A stretch of DNA of 64,000 nt, from positions 26,789 through 90,788 of the forward strand of contig JAFAYM010000161.1 in assembly GCA_019240395.1 (NCBI GenBank), written 5' to 3'. This document shows positions 25,288 through 35,584 of the stretch, piece after piece. The notes under the pieces are model-generated. The model was not told where the DNA came from. It worked only from the letters and a program-made list of their open reading frames with translations, and did not search any database. Source of the stretch: Acidisphaera sp. (GTDB lineage Bacteria; Pseudomonadota; Alphaproteobacteria; Acetobacterales; Acetobacteraceae). Positions within the stretch are counted from its first letter, which is position 1. The number at the start of each line of letters is the position of its first letter. A program made the translations under genes and the position numbers.

Positions 25288-26976
25288 ATGTCGCACGCGC
25301 TGGACGCGACGGCCGGCGAGATCGAGGCCGCAACCGTCAGGGACAACAGGGACAACTACCTCACCGATGAATGGACCGTCTGGTCCTGGCTGGCGACCAC
25401 CGACCACAAGCGCATCGCGCTGCTGTATTTCGCCTCGATCACTTTCTTCTTCTTCCTCGGCGGCGCCGCCGCGGCGCTGATGCGCTTCAACCTGCTGACG
25501 CCGACCGGCGCCATCGTCTCGCCGGAGACCTACAACCGGCTGTTCACTCTGCACGGCGTGGTGATGGTCTGGTTCTTCCTGGTGCCCGCGGTGCCGGTGA
25601 CCATCGGCAATTTCGTGACGCCGCTGATGATCGGCGCGCGCGACCTCGCCTTTCCGAAGGTCAACCTGTTGAGCTGGTACCTCTTCATCACCGGCGGCGC
25701 GATCACGCTCTGGGCGCTGTTCATGGGCGGGCTCGATACCGGCTGGACGCTCTACACCCCGCTCAGCTCCGCCTACGCCAAGGGCTACGTCGTGCCGGTC
25801 GCCGTCGGCATCTTCATTTCCGGCTTCTCCTCGATCGCCACCGGCCTCAATTTCATCGTCACCATCCATCGGCTGCGCGCCCCCGGCATGACCTGGTACC
25901 GCATGCCGGTGTTCCTCTGGTCGCTCTACTCCACCAGCGTCATCTACGTGCTGGCGACACCGGTGCTGGCGATGACCCTGCTGCTGCTGGCCTTCGAGAC
26001 GGTGTTTCGCGTCGGCGTGTTCGATCCGGCACTCGGCGGCGACCCGATCCTGTTCCAGCACCTGTTCTGGTTCTACTCGCACCCCGCGGTCTACATCATG
26101 ATCCTGCCGGGCCTCGGCGTGGTCAGCGAGATCATCCCGGTATTCGCCCGCAAGCGGCTGTTCGGCTACAAGTTCGTGGTCTGGTGCAGCGTCATGATCG
26201 CGGTGATCAGCTTCTTCGTCTGGGGCCACCACATGTTCGTGGCCGGCACCTCGATCTACAGCGCCATCGTCTTTTCGCTGCTCAGCTTCATGGTTGCGGT
26301 GCCCTCGGCGATCAAGGTGTTCAACTGGATCGGCACCCTGCACAAGGGGTTCATCCATTTCGACGCGCCGATGATCTACGCGCTCGGCTTCGTCGGGCTG
26401 TTCACCATGGGCGGGCTGACCGGGCTGTTCCTGGCGACGCTCGCCGCCGACGTGCCGCTGCACGACACCTATTTCGTGGTGGCGCATTTCCACTACATCA
26501 TGGTCGGCGGCATGGTCAGCGCCTTCTTCGGCGGGCTGCACTATTGGTGGCCGAAGATCACGGGGCGGATGTATCCGGAGATGTGGGGCCGCGTCGCCGC
26601 CGCGATGATCTTCTTCGGCTTCAACCTGACCTTCTTCCCGCAATTCATCCTCGGCTATCTCGGCATGCCCCGGCGCTATCACTCCTATCCGCCGGAGTTC
26701 CAGGTGCTGAATGTGCTGTCCTCGGCCGGCTCGACAATCCTCGCCGTCGCCTATCTCATGCCGCTGTTCTATTTCGCCTGGTCGCTGCTCGCCGGGGCGC
26801 GCGCGCCGGCGAATCCGTGGGGCGCCACCGGCCTGGAATGGCAGACGCCCTCGCCGCCGCCGGTGCAGAACTTCACCTCGACGCCGGTGGTCACCGAGGA
26901 CCCCTATAGCTATCCGTCGCCGGAAGCCATCCAAATGGAGCAGGCGGAGACCGGCGAAGCGCGGCCGAATGGCTGA
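25288..26976 (+). CDS. ctaD: Cytochrome c oxidase subunit I
   Basis: 562 aa. Canonical blocks are [30 protein letters not shown] and VAHFHY. Confidence 0.95.
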   Translation: MSHALDATAGEIEAATVRDNRDNYLTDEWTVWSWLATTDHKRIALLYFASITFFFFLGGAAAALMRFNLLTPTGAIVSPETYNRLFTLHGVVMVWFFLVPAVPVTIGNFVTPLMIGARDLAFPKVNLLSWYLFITGGAITLWALFMGGLDTGWTLYTPLSSAYAKGYVVPVAVGIFISGFSSIATGLNFIVTIHRLRAPGMTWYRMPVFLWSLYSTSVIYVLATPVLAMTLLLLAFETVFRVGVFDPALGGDPILFQHLFWFYSHPAVYIMILPGLGVVSEIIPVFARKRLFGYKFVVWCSVMIAVISFFVWGHHMFVAGTSIYSAIVFSLLSFMVAVPSAIKVFNWIGTLHKGFIHFDAPMIYALGFVGLFTMGGLTGLFLATLAADVPLHDTYFVVAHFHYIMVGGMVSAFFGGLHYWWPKITGRMYPEMWGRVAAAMIFFGFNLTFFPQFILGYLGMPRRYHSYPPEFQVLNVLSSAGSTILAVAYLMPLFYFAWSLLAGARAPANPWGATGLEWQTPSPPPVQNFTSTPVVTEDPYSYPSPEAIQMEQAETGEARPNG

Positions 26977-27610
26977 CATCCACTCGACGTTCCAGTACAG
27001 CACGCCGGCGCACCGCAGCGGGTCGTCGCTGGACGGCATGTGGCTGTTCCTGGCGACCGAGGTGCTGTTCTTCGGCGCGCTCTTTCTCGCCTGGACGGTG
27101 TCGCGCCACTACCATGCCGCCGGGTTTGCCGAGGCGGCGCGCCACACCGAAATCTCGCTCGGAACGATCAACACGGTCCTGCTGGTCACCAGCAGCCTCG
27201 CCTATGCCGCCGGCCTGGCCTTCATCGAGCAGGGCGACACGCGCCGGCTGCTGCAATGCCTGTCGTTGACCGGGCTGCTGGGGATCGCCTTCGTCTGCCT
27301 GAAGCTGCTGGAGTGGCACGACGATTTCTACGAGCACCTGTTTCCCGGTTCGGGATTCGCACTGCACGGCCCGGATCCCGGCGGGGCGCAGATATTCTTC
27401 TCGTTCTATTTCGTCGGCACCGGCCTGCACATCCTGCACATGCTGGCGGGGCTCGGCCTGCTCGCCTGGGTCATCCTGCGCGCGTGGCGTGGCGCCTTCT
27501 CCTCCAGGAGCCATCTCGCGGTCGAGGCGGTCGGCCTCTACTGGAGCTTCGTGGACGTGGTCTGGCTGGTGCTCTACCCGCTGATCTACGTGGTGGGGCG
27601 CCCGGGATGA
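26969..27610 (+). CDS. ctaE: Cytochrome c oxidase subunit III
   Basis: ATG 26969 overlaps the subunit I end by 8 nt. 213 aa with [16 protein letters not shown] and [18 protein letters not shown]. Confidence 0.85.
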   Translation: MADIHSTFQYSTPAHRSGSSLDGMWLFLATEVLFFGALFLAWTVSRHYHAAGFAEAARHTEISLGTINTVLLVTSSLAYAAGLAFIEQGDTRRLLQCLSLTGLLGIAFVCLKLLEWHDDFYEHLFPGSGFALHGPDPGGAQIFFSFYFVGTGLHILHMLAGLGLLAWVILRAWRGAFSSRSHLAVEAVGLYWSFVDVVWLVLYPLIYVVGRPG

Positions 27611-27617
27611 TGGCGCG

Positions 27618-27917
27618 ATGATGCAGACGCTGCGTCCGCTGCTCCTGGTCTGGCTGGCGCTGCTGGCCTTGCTGGGTGTCGAGCTCGGCGGCGCTTTCCT
27701 GCGGCTCGGCCATCTGTTCGGCGGCCTGCTGCTGCTGCCCGCCGGCGCCATGGTGGCGCTGGTCGGCCTGTTCTTCATGCGGCTGCGCCATGCCAGCGGG
27801 CTGTCGCGCGGCTTCGCGCTCGCCGCCATGTTCTGGCTGGTCGTGCTGCTCGGGCTGGGCAGCATGGATCCGATGACGCGCACCCTCCACCCCGTGGCGA
27901 TGACCACCTATCCCTGA
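27618..27917 (+). CDS. Small membrane protein, probable prokaryotic oxidase subunit IV
   Basis: 99 aa with 3 TM, 7 nt after subunit III. Position and size fit COX4_pro-type proteins. No diagnostic motif. Confidence 0.55.
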   Translation: MMQTLRPLLLVWLALLALLGVELGGAFLRLGHLFGGLLLLPAGAMVALVGLFFMRLRHASGLSRGFALAAMFWLVVLLGLGSMDPMTRTLHPVAMTTYP

Positions 27918-28062
27918 CCCTCTTGGTCGATCCCGCCGTATGCAGTAGGTGAAACGGCCCGGATCGTCCGGGACCCCGGTCGATTCGGCGCCCCGACCAC
28001 CGGAGCGCCGGCGCCTGCATCGGACCGAGAAGGCTCGGACGCAAAGATTCGGACGCGAAGAT

Positions 28063-30654
28063 ATGGACCTCCAGCGGCTGCTCGTCGCCCTGGTCGAGAC
28101 CAGCCGCCGTCACGCCCTCCTGGTGGTGCTGGCGGGCCTGCTGCTCGCCACGCTGTGCGGCTTGTACGCCGTGCGCCATCTCGGCGTCAGCACCGATACC
28201 GACCTGCTGTTCTCGGAACGCCTGCCCTGGCGGCAGCGCGCGACGGCGTTCCAGCGCGAGTTCCCGCAATTCCAGAACCTGCTGGTGGGCGTGATCGACG
28301 CCCGCATTCCCGAGGAGGCGGACAGCACGGCCGCCGCCCTTGTGGCCAAGCTTGCGGCCGACCACGCGCATTTCCACGCGGCGTGGCAGCCCGACGCTCT
28401 GCCGTTCTTCGCCAGGAGCGCCTTCCTCTTCCTCGACACCGGGCAGCTCACGGCGCTGCTGAACAGCATCATCGACGCGCAGCCCTTTCTCGGGCAGCTG
28501 GTCGCCGATCCCAGCGCGCGCGGACTGTTCGCCGCACTGGCGCTGGTGGCGATGGGAGTGCAGCAGGGCCAGGCCAATCTCGCGCCGTTCGAGCCGGCGC
28601 TGAACGCGTTCCACCAGGCGCTCGCCGCGGCGGCTGGCGGCCATCCCCAGCCGCTGTCGTGGGAGACCCTGCTGGCCGGCTCGCTGGTCAGCCAGGCCGG
28701 GCAGTACCGCTTCGTGCTGGCGCAACCGACGCTCGACTACACCGTCCTGCAGCCCGGCGGCGCGGCAACGCAGGCCTTCCGCGACGCCGCCGCCGGGCTC
28801 GATTTCGTCAAGTCGGGCGACGCACGGGTGCGCATCACCGGAGCGGTGGCGCTGTCGGACGAGGAATTCGCCACCGTCGCGCAGGGCATCATCGTCGGCA
28901 CCATCGGCAGCGTCGTGCTGATCACGGTGTGGCTGCTGCTCGCGGTGGGCAGTTGGCGGCTGATCGTGCCGATCATCCTGACCCTGCTGCTCGGTCTGCT
29001 GCTGACCATCGGCTTCGCCACCGTGGCGGTCGGCACGCTCAACCTGATCTCGGTCGCTTTCGCCGTGCTGTTCGTCGGCATCGCCGTCGATTTCGCCATC
29101 CAGTTCTGCGTGCGCTACCGCGGCATGCGGCTGCAACACCCCGATCCGGCACGGGCGCTGGCCGAGACGACGCACCGGGTCGGCATCCAGATCCTGGTCG
29201 CCGCCGCCGCCACCGCCTGCGGCTTCTACGCCTTCGTGCCGACCTTGTTCAGCGGCGTCGCCGAGCTCGGGCTGATCGCGGGCACCGGCATGGTGATCGC
29301 CTTCCTGTGCACGCTGATCTTCCTGCCGGCGGCCCTCAGCCTGTTCCGGCCGAAGGGCGAGACGGCGGAGATCGGCTTTCGCCGCGGCGCCGCGCTGGAC
29401 GCCCTGCTGAGCCGGCACCGCGGCCCGGTGCTCGCACTCTTCGCCGGCCTGGCGCTGGCCGGGGCTCTGCTGCTGCCGCGGCTCACCTTCGATTCCGATC
29501 CGCTGCACGTCAAGGATCCGAACACCGAGTCGATGCGCACGCTCCGCGACCTGATGGACAATCCGCTGACCAATCCCTACAGCATCGATATTCTCGAGCC
29601 ATCGGTCGAACAGGCGGGCGCCATCGCGGCACGGATGCGCACGCTGCCGCTGGTTGCCGAGAGCCTCACCCTGCTGAGCTTCGTGCCGCAGGACCAGCCG
29701 GCCAAGCTGGCGATGATCGCCGACGCCGCCAACATTCTTGGCCCCACCTTGGCGGCGCGCGAACCGGCGGCGCCGGTGACGCCCGAGCAGCTGCGCCTGG
29801 CGATCGGCGCCGCGCTGGGCCAGATCCAGCCGGTGCTCGGCAAGCTGCCCGCCGGGCATCCGCTGGCGGCGATCGCCGCCGACCTCAAGCGCCTCGCCGG
29901 CGCCCCCGACGCGCAGCTCCTGGCCATGGACGCGGCGCTCACGCGCTTCCTGCCGATGCAGATCGACCGGCTGCGCCAGGCGCTCGGCGCGGCGCCGGTG
30001 ACGCTGGGCGACCTGCCGCCGGCTCTGACCCGCGACTGGGTGCTGCCCGACGGCCGGGCGCGGGTGCAGGTGCTGGCCAAGCCCGAGGCGCGCGGCAGCC
30101 GCGGGCTCAATGAATTCGTCGGCCAGGTGCAGTCGGTGGCCCCGACCGCCGGCGGTCCCGCCGTCTGGATCGTCGAGACCGCGGCGAGCATCTTCGCGGC
30201 GTTCCGCACGGCCGCCATCGGTGCGCTGCTGGCGATCACGGCGATCCTGTTCCTGGCACTCCGCCGGCCGCTCGATGTGGCGCTGGTGCTGGCGCCGCTG
30301 CTGCTGTCCGGGCTGCTGACGGCGCTGCTCGCCGTGCTGCTGCCGCTGCCGCTGAATTTCGCCAACATCATCGCCCTGCCGCTGCTGCTCGGCGTCGGCG
30401 TCTCGTTCAACATCTATTTCGTCATGAACTGGCGCGAGGGCGGGCGTGATTTCCTCGGCTCGGCGACGGCGCGGGCGGTGGTTTTCTCGGCGCTGACCAC
30501 CGGCACGGCGTTCGGCTCGCTCACCCTGTCGCGCCATCCCGGCACCGCCAGCATGGGCGACCTGCTGCTGCTGAGCCTGCTCTGCACGCTGCTGGCGTCG
30601 CTGATCTTCGTGCCGACCCTGCTGAGCGGCTTGCGGCCGCCGGCAAGCCAGTAG
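28063..30654 (+). CDS. RND/MMPL-family transporter, HpnN-like (hopanoid-associated type)
   Basis: ATG 28063 (MDLQRLLVALVETSRRH...). 863 aa with two 6-TM bundles separated by large periplasmic loops. N-terminal pattern LLFSERLPWRQR...FPQFQNLLVGVID resembles HpnN. No other hopanoid genes are in the window. Confidence 0.6.
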   Translation: MDLQRLLVALVETSRRHALLVVLAGLLLATLCGLYAVRHLGVSTDTDLLFSERLPWRQRATAFQREFPQFQNLLVGVIDARIPEEADSTAAALVAKLAADHAHFHAAWQPDALPFFARSAFLFLDTGQLTALLNSIIDAQPFLGQLVADPSARGLFAALALVAMGVQQGQANLAPFEPALNAFHQALAAAAGGHPQPLSWETLLAGSLVSQAGQYRFVLAQPTLDYTVLQPGGAATQAFRDAAAGLDFVKSGDARVRITGAVALSDEEFATVAQGIIVGTIGSVVLITVWLLLAVGSWRLIVPIILTLLLGLLLTIGFATVAVGTLNLISVAFAVLFVGIAVDFAIQFCVRYRGMRLQHPDPARALAETTHRVGIQILVAAAATACGFYAFVPTLFSGVAELGLIAGTGMVIAFLCTLIFLPAALSLFRPKGETAEIGFRRGAALDALLSRHRGPVLALFAGLALAGALLLPRLTFDSDPLHVKDPNTESMRTLRDLMDNPLTNPYSIDILEPSVEQAGAIAARMRTLPLVAESLTLLSFVPQDQPAKLAMIADAANILGPTLAAREPAAPVTPEQLRLAIGAALGQIQPVLGKLPAGHPLAAIAADLKRLAGAPDAQLLAMDAALTRFLPMQIDRLRQALGAAPVTLGDLPPALTRDWVLPDGRARVQVLAKPEARGSRGLNEFVGQVQSVAPTAGGPAVWIVETAASIFAAFRTAAIGALLAITAILFLALRRPLDVALVLAPLLLSGLLTALLAVLLPLPLNFANIIALPLLLGVGVSFNIYFVMNWREGGRDFLGSATARAVVFSALTTGTAFGSLTLSRHPGTASMGDLLLLSLLCTLLASLIFVPTLLSGLRPPASQ

Positions 30655-30735
30655 GGGTTGGCGTCCGACACGGGGCCGTGCGGCGGAGACGAAAATGTGG
30701 TAGGCCAGCATCCGGATTGGAGCCGTTTCAGAACC

Positions 30736-30972
30736 ATGCCCGTCAATCTCTCCATCAAGAACGCACCGGATCGGGTGGTGCAGCGCCTGCGGGAACGAGC
30801 GGAGCGCCACCATCGGTCGCTGCAAGGTGAGCTGCTGGCCATCATCGAGGCGGCAGTGCAGGAGGATCATCCTGCGACTCCGGCCGACATTCTCGCCGAG
30901 ATCCGCCGGCTCGGGCTGGCCACGCCCGGAGAAGCCACAGCGTTGATTCGTGCGGATCGTGATGGCCGTTAA
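30736..30972 (+). CDS. vapB: Type II antitoxin, ribbon-helix-helix (FitA/VapB-like)
   Basis: 78 aa: MPVNLSIKNAPDRVVQRLRERAERHHRSLQGELLAIIE, a typical RHH antitoxin N-terminus. It overlaps the PIN gene by 11 nt. Confidence 0.75.
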   Translation: MPVNLSIKNAPDRVVQRLRERAERHHRSLQGELLAIIEAAVQEDHPATPADILAEIRRLGLATPGEATALIRADRDGR

Positions 30973-31336
30973 GGTGGTCGATGCCTCCGCGGTGGCTGCT
31001 CTGCTGTTTGGTGAACCGGAGGCGGAGGCGGTCGCCGGGCGGCTCAGCGGCGCGCGCCTCATGGCGCCCGGGTTGCTCGCTTTCGAGCTGGCGAATGTCT
31101 GCTTGGTGAAGTGCCGGCGGCATCCGACTCAGAAGCGCGCGCTCACGGCTGCCTTTCGGCTGCGCCGTCGCCTTGAGGTGGAAGCCGTCTCTGTGGATCA
31201 CGATGCCGCCCTGGAGCTGGCCACAGCGACGGGCCTGACCGCCTACGATGCGAGCTATCTCTGGCTGGCACGGCAACTCGGGGCGGAACTGGTCACCCTG
31301 GACCGGCGGCTCGCGAGGGCCGGAGCGAGGCCGTGA
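30962..31336 (+). CDS. vapC: Type II toxin VapC (PIN-domain ribonuclease)
   Basis: 124 aa. PIN acidic residues sit in [23 protein letters not shown] and LVTLDRRL. Confidence 0.85.
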   Translation: MAVKVVDASAVAALLFGEPEAEAVAGRLSGARLMAPGLLAFELANVCLVKCRRHPTQKRALTAAFRLRRRLEVEAVSVDHDAALELATATGLTAYDASYLWLARQLGAELVTLDRRLARAGARP

Positions 31337-32271
31337 CGGGCGGCTGCCGTGCCACCGATCTGGCCGCCGCGCTGTCGTTCAGCCGCGGCGAATGGGCGAT
31401 GCTGCGGGCCAGCACGCCGATGACGCTCTCGCAGGCCGATCTCGCCGAGCTGCGCAGCCTCAACGAGCCGGTGTCGATCGCCGAGGTGTCGGAGGCGTAT
31501 CTGCCGCTCTCGCGGCTGCTCAACCTGCACGTCGCCGCGGCGCGCAGCCTGGGGCAGGTGAAGGACGCATTCCTTGGCCGCCCGGCCGTCCGACCGCCCT
31601 ATGTCATCGCCGTCGCCGGCAGCGTCGCCGTCGGCAAGAGCACGTTCGCCCGCGTGCTGCGCGCCATCCTGGCGCGGTGGCCGGACCATCCGCGGGTGCA
31701 GCTGGTGACCACCGATGGCTTCCTGCATCCCAACCGGGTGCTGCAGGAGCGCGGACTGATGGCGCGCAAAGGCTTTCCCGAAAGCTATGATCTGCGCCGC
31801 ATGATCCGCTTCCTCGCCGCGGTGAAGTCCGGCAAGCCGGAAGTGGAGGCGCCGGTCTATTCGCACCTGATCTACGATATCGTTCCCGAGGAGCGGGCGG
31901 TCGTCGCCCAGCCCGATGTGCTGATCTTCGAGGGGCTGAACGTGCTCCAGGCGTCGGCGGCGCCGGTGCTCGCCTCGGACTTCTTCGACTTTTCCGTCTA
32001 CATCGACGCCGAGGAGGACGATATCGAGGCGTGGTACGTCGAGCGCTTCCTGCTGCTGCAGCGCACCGCGTTCCAGTCGCCGAACTCGTTCTTCCGCCGC
32101 TACAAGGACCTCGGCGAGGTGGAGGCGCGGGAAACCGCGCGCGAGATCTGGCGGTCGATCAATCTCGTCAACCTGCGCGAGAACATCCTGCCGACCCGTC
32201 AGCGCGCGCGGGTCGTGCTGCGCAAGCGCGCCGACCACGCCGTCGGCGAGGTCTGGCTGCGCCAGATGTAG
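31333..32271 (+). CDS. coaA: Type I pantothenate kinase
   Basis: Near-colinear with E. coli CoaA as recalled: P-loop [38 protein letters not shown] and [12 protein letters not shown] 31333 overlaps the vapC stop (GTGA). Confidence 0.95.
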   Translation: MTGGCRATDLAAALSFSRGEWAMLRASTPMTLSQADLAELRSLNEPVSIAEVSEAYLPLSRLLNLHVAAARSLGQVKDAFLGRPAVRPPYVIAVAGSVAVGKSTFARVLRAILARWPDHPRVQLVTTDGFLHPNRVLQERGLMARKGFPESYDLRRMIRFLAAVKSGKPEVEAPVYSHLIYDIVPEERAVVAQPDVLIFEGLNVLQASAAPVLASDFFDFSVYIDAEEDDIEAWYVERFLLLQRTAFQSPNSFFRRYKDLGEVEARETAREIWRSINLVNLRENILPTRQRARVVLRKRADHAVGEVWLRQM

Positions 32272-32272
32272 G

Positions 32273-32920
32273 TCAGAGCGAGCCGCGCAGCGCCCGTGCG
32301 CCGGGTGCGCGCGCCCCGGTGACGATCTGCGCCGCCGTCACCGGCCGGCCATAGTAGGCCTCGTCATACTCGGTGCGCTGCTTGATATCGGTGCCGCCGA
32401 CGGTCAGCCCGGCGAACAGCCCGGCGGCGTGGGTCCAGACCACGATGTCGGGCGGGGTCAGCGGCGCCTCGCTGATGCGCGCGAAGTCGACGACCGCCAG
32501 GTCCGCCGTCGCCTTCAGGCTGAAGGTGTTGGACCCCAGGAGCGCGTCATAGGCGCGCTGGCTCATGATGATCAGCACCACCGGGCCGATCTGCCCGCCG
32601 ACCTGCGGCCCCAGGGTGAGCGAGCCCATGACGTAGAAGGCCGGATCGCTCCAGCCGCCGCCCCGATGGGCCAGCAACACGCCCTGACCGCCTTCGGCGC
32701 CGACGACGAAGCCGGCCTTGACGACATTGGGGAACACCAGGACGGCCTTGGCGCGCCGCAGCAGGCCGGCCTTCGCAAAGCCCGGCCAGGTCCGCATGGT
32801 GTGGATCGTTGCCGCGGCGTCGCGGACCACCTCCTGCGCGTCGCTGACCTGAGCGTACGCGGGAGCGGTGAAGAGCAGCGCGCCGAAAACGAGAGTGGCG
32901 AGGCGGAGTGGTCGGGACAT
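32273..32920 (-). CDS. Secreted SYLF (DUF500/Ysc84-like) lipid-binding domain protein
   Basis: Signal peptide MSRPLRLATLVFGALLFTAPAYAQ. GGQGVLLAHRGGGWSDPAFY and SLKATADLAV resemble the SYLF pattern. Confidence 0.6.
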   Translation of the reverse strand: MSRPLRLATLVFGALLFTAPAYAQVSDAQEVVRDAAATIHTMRTWPGFAKAGLLRRAKAVLVFPNVVKAGFVVGAEGGQGVLLAHRGGGWSDPAFYVMGSLTLGPQVGGQIGPVVLIIMSQRAYDALLGSNTFSLKATADLAVVDFARISEAPLTPPDIVVWTHAAGLFAGLTVGGTDIKQRTEYDEAYYGRPVTAAQIVTGARAPGARALRGSL

Positions 32921-32977
32921 GACGGTGCCTCCCTGATGACGCTACCGAAACGCTCGGGCGTGCCTCGGGTTCGCAAG

Positions 32978-33099
32978 AAGGCGAGGGGCTTCGCCCCCTC
33001 GACCCCCACCAAAGGCAATGCCTTTGGAAACCGGTACCAAGTAGAAGGGTGCAGGGACGACGGTCCCTGCCGGGGTTGAGGGGCAGAGCCCCTCACCTT
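32978..33099. repeat. Family A MITE-like element, full-length variant copy
   Basis: AAGGCGAGGGGCTTCGCCCCCTCGACCCCC, CAAAGGC-AAT-GCCTTTG, variant hairpin GCAGGGAC-GACG-GTCCCTGC, right arm GGGGTTGAGGGGCAGAGCCCCTCACCTT. Confidence 0.9.
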
Positions 33100-33117
33100 T
33101 CTTCCTTCGGAGATTCC

Positions 33118-34284
33118 ATGCTCGCCGGCCTCCGCGTCCTCGATTTCGGTCACACCGTCATGGGCCCGAGCTGCGGGCTCGTGCTGGCCGATCTCGGCGC
33201 GGACGTGGTGCGCATCGAACCGCCGGAGGGCGACCGGACGCGCCGGCTCAAGGGTTTCGGCATCGGCTTCTTCGCCACCTACAACCGCAACAAGCGCAGC
33301 GTGGCGCTCGATCTCAAGCACCCGGCCGGGCTGGCGGCGGCGCGCCGGCTCGCGGCGGGTGCGGACGTGCTGATCGAGAATTTCGCGCCGGGAACCATGG
33401 AGCGGCTGGGCCTGGGATGGGAGGCGCTGCACGCCCTGAATCCCCGGCTGGTCTATTGCGCCCTCAAGGGTTACCTGCCCGGGCCATATGAAGACCTGCC
33501 GGCGCTCGACGAAGTGGTGCAGATGCAGGCGGGGCTGGCCTACATGACCGGCCCGCCCGGCCGGCCGTTGCGGGCCGGCGCCTCGGTGATCGACGTGATG
33601 GGCGGGGTGTTCGGCGTGGTCGGCATCCTGGGGGCGCTGCGTGCCCGCGACAGCACGGGGCAGGGCCAGATGGTGCAGAGCGCGCTGTTCGAGGCCACCG
33701 CCTTCCTGGTCGGCCAGCACATGGCGGCCGCGGCGCTGACCGGCACGGTGCCGCCGCCGATGCCGGCGCGGGTTTCCTCCTGGCCGGTCTATGACGTGTT
33801 CGCCGCGGCGGACGGGCCGGTGTTCGTCGGCCTCACCAGCCCGGCGCATTGGCAGCGCTTCTGCGCAGCCTTTCCCGTGGACGCGCTGCGCGACGAGCTC
33901 GGGGTGGCGACCTACGAGGATCTGTTCGCTGCGCGCGAGCGTCTGCTGCCCCGCCTGGCCGCGGTGTTCGCGGCGCTGCCGGCCGCCGAGATCATCGCCC
34001 GCGGCCGTGCGGCGCGCATTCCCTGCGCGCCGGTGGCGCGGCCGGACCAGCTGTCCGAGGACCCGCATCTGCGCGCCGCCGGCGCGCTGCTGGAGGTCGC
34101 GCTCTCCGACAGCGTGCGCGCCATGCTGCCGGCGCTGCCGCTGAGCCTCGGCGGGGTGGTGCCGGGGTTGCGCTCGCAGCCGCCGGCGGTCGGGGCCGAC
34201 ACCAGGGCGGTGCTGACGGAGGCGGGCTACGACGCGGCGGAGCTGGAGGAACTGGCCCGCGAGGGGGTCATCTCGACGGCGTAG
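33118..34284 (+). CDS. Family III CoA-transferase (CaiB/BaiF/Frc type), copy 1
   Basis: LAGLRVLDFGHTVMGPSCGLVLADLGADVVRIEPPEGDRTR is the characteristic N-terminal signature. 388 aa. Confidence 0.85.
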   Translation: MLAGLRVLDFGHTVMGPSCGLVLADLGADVVRIEPPEGDRTRRLKGFGIGFFATYNRNKRSVALDLKHPAGLAAARRLAAGADVLIENFAPGTMERLGLGWEALHALNPRLVYCALKGYLPGPYEDLPALDEVVQMQAGLAYMTGPPGRPLRAGASVIDVMGGVFGVVGILGALRARDSTGQGQMVQSALFEATAFLVGQHMAAAALTGTVPPPMPARVSSWPVYDVFAAADGPVFVGLTSPAHWQRFCAAFPVDALRDELGVATYEDLFAARERLLPRLAAVFAALPAAEIIARGRAARIPCAPVARPDQLSEDPHLRAAGALLEVALSDSVRAMLPALPLSLGGVVPGLRSQPPAVGADTRAVLTEAGYDAAELEELAREGVISTA

Positions 34285-35375
34285 CGCAGCAGTGCCGCCG
34301 AGCGATAAACGCCGTGCACGAACTTGCTGTACGGCAGCACCAGGAACAGCGCCAGCACGAAGCCGAAATGCACGGCGAGCAGCACGCCCATCGCGGCGGT
34401 CGCGCGCAGCGCCAGCAGCAGCAGGCCGGTCAGGCTGGTCGCTGCGAGCAGCATGAGCAGCGCCACATCCATGCCGAGCAGGCGGCGCGCCGTCGGGGCG
34501 GGGTCGCCGATCAGCTTCATCCCGAACAGGCCGACCGTGCCGACCAGCAGGCCGATCCCGCCGGCCGTGCCGAGCACCACCGGCAGGCTGAACCAGCCAT
34601 AGGGCGGGCGCATGCCGAGAAAATCCTGATACAGGCTGGCCGTGCAGGTCGCGGCGAAGCAGAGCAGGAAGCCGTAGAACATGGCGTGGTGCAGCCAGCG
34701 CCGCGCGCCGGAAAAGCTCTCGTCGAGGTCGTTGCAGCCGTGGCCGCCGCCGCCGAGGTTGCGCAAGGTGAAGACGTCGTGCAGCGCCCGCCCGATCGCG
34801 CGCCCGTCCACCGGCCCGCCGCCGGTGTCGCGCCAGAAATTGCGGAACCCCATGGCGAAAGCGAGCAGCGCGAACACGAAGGTGATTGCCGACAGGACCA
34901 GCATGACGGGATAGGGAATGACCGTGTAGAACGCGCCCGGCCCGACATGTGCGCTGTAGAGCACGCCGGAGGATTGCAGCAGCATGGTCAGGATGAGAAC
35001 GGCGGCGACGCCGAACGCGGCGATCAGGGAAACCAGCACGCCGTTGCGCTCGAAGGCGCGGGCGAGCGGCGCCGGCCAGGCATATTGCGCGTAGGTCTGC
35101 ACCCGCAACTCGGCGAACACCTTCGGCAGGTTGATGCCGAATTCGTGCGGCGGCGCGTACTGGCAGGCGTAGTAGCAGCCGCGGCAGTTATGGCAGAGAT
35201 TGGCGAGGTAGTTGAGGTCCTGGTCGCTGAAGGCGCGGCGCAGCTCCATGGCGGGGAAGACCGCGCAATAGCCCTCGCAATAGCGGCAGGCGTTGCAGAT
35301 CTCCATGTCGCGGCGCGCTTCGTCGAGGATTTCCGCTGCGGCACCAGTGCCTGCTCTCGCTGATTGCCCGATCAT
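34227..35375 (-). CDS. tcuB: TcuB-like membrane-anchored 4Fe-4S protein (tricarballylate utilisation type)
   Basis: Two Cys clusters CNACRYCEGYC and CHNCRGCYYAC, followed by about 6 TM segments. Adjacent to a TcuA-like flavoprotein. The 3-prime end overlaps the convergent CoA-transferase by 58 nt. Confidence 0.8.
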   Translation of the reverse strand: MIGQSARAGTGAAAEILDEARRDMEICNACRYCEGYCAVFPAMELRRAFSDQDLNYLANLCHNCRGCYYACQYAPPHEFGINLPKVFAELRVQTYAQYAWPAPLARAFERNGVLVSLIAAFGVAAVLILTMLLQSSGVLYSAHVGPGAFYTVIPYPVMLVLSAITFVFALLAFAMGFRNFWRDTGGGPVDGRAIGRALHDVFTLRNLGGGGHGCNDLDESFSGARRWLHHAMFYGFLLCFAATCTASLYQDFLGMRPPYGWFSLPVVLGTAGGIGLLVGTVGLFGMKLIGDPAPTARRLLGMDVALLMLLAATSLTGLLLLALRATAAMGVLLAVHFGFVLALFLVLPYSKFVHGVYRSAALLRYAVEMTPSRASSSSSAAS

Positions 35376-35386
35376 GGCTGCTGCAC

Positions 35387-35485
35387 CGTCATCGCGAGCC
35401 GCCGCTTGGCGGCGTGGCGATCCAGGGCGTTTGGTCCGGTGCGGCGGCCCTGGATCGCCACGTCGCTGCGCTCCTCGCGATGACG
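35387..35485. repeat. Family B palindromic element (the type that translates as LLAMT), copy 1
   Basis: CGTCATCGCGAG...GTGGCGATCCAGGGC...GCCCTGGATCGCCACGTCGC...CTCGCGATGACG, a long imperfect palindrome. Confidence 0.9.
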
Positions 35486-35584
35486 CGGATTGCTGCGGGT
35501 GATATGGGGTTCAGTTGGCTGCATGCCGTGCCGCCTCCCGTCCGGCGATCCTGCTCGCTGATTGCCCGATCATGGCTGCTGCAC

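Noticed and set aside
27775-31062. 1095-aa minus-strand ORF
   Set aside because: It is antisense to the HpnN-like transporter and vapB. It is low-complexity Arg/Gln/Gly-rich, and the plus-strand genes have clear TM and domain structure.
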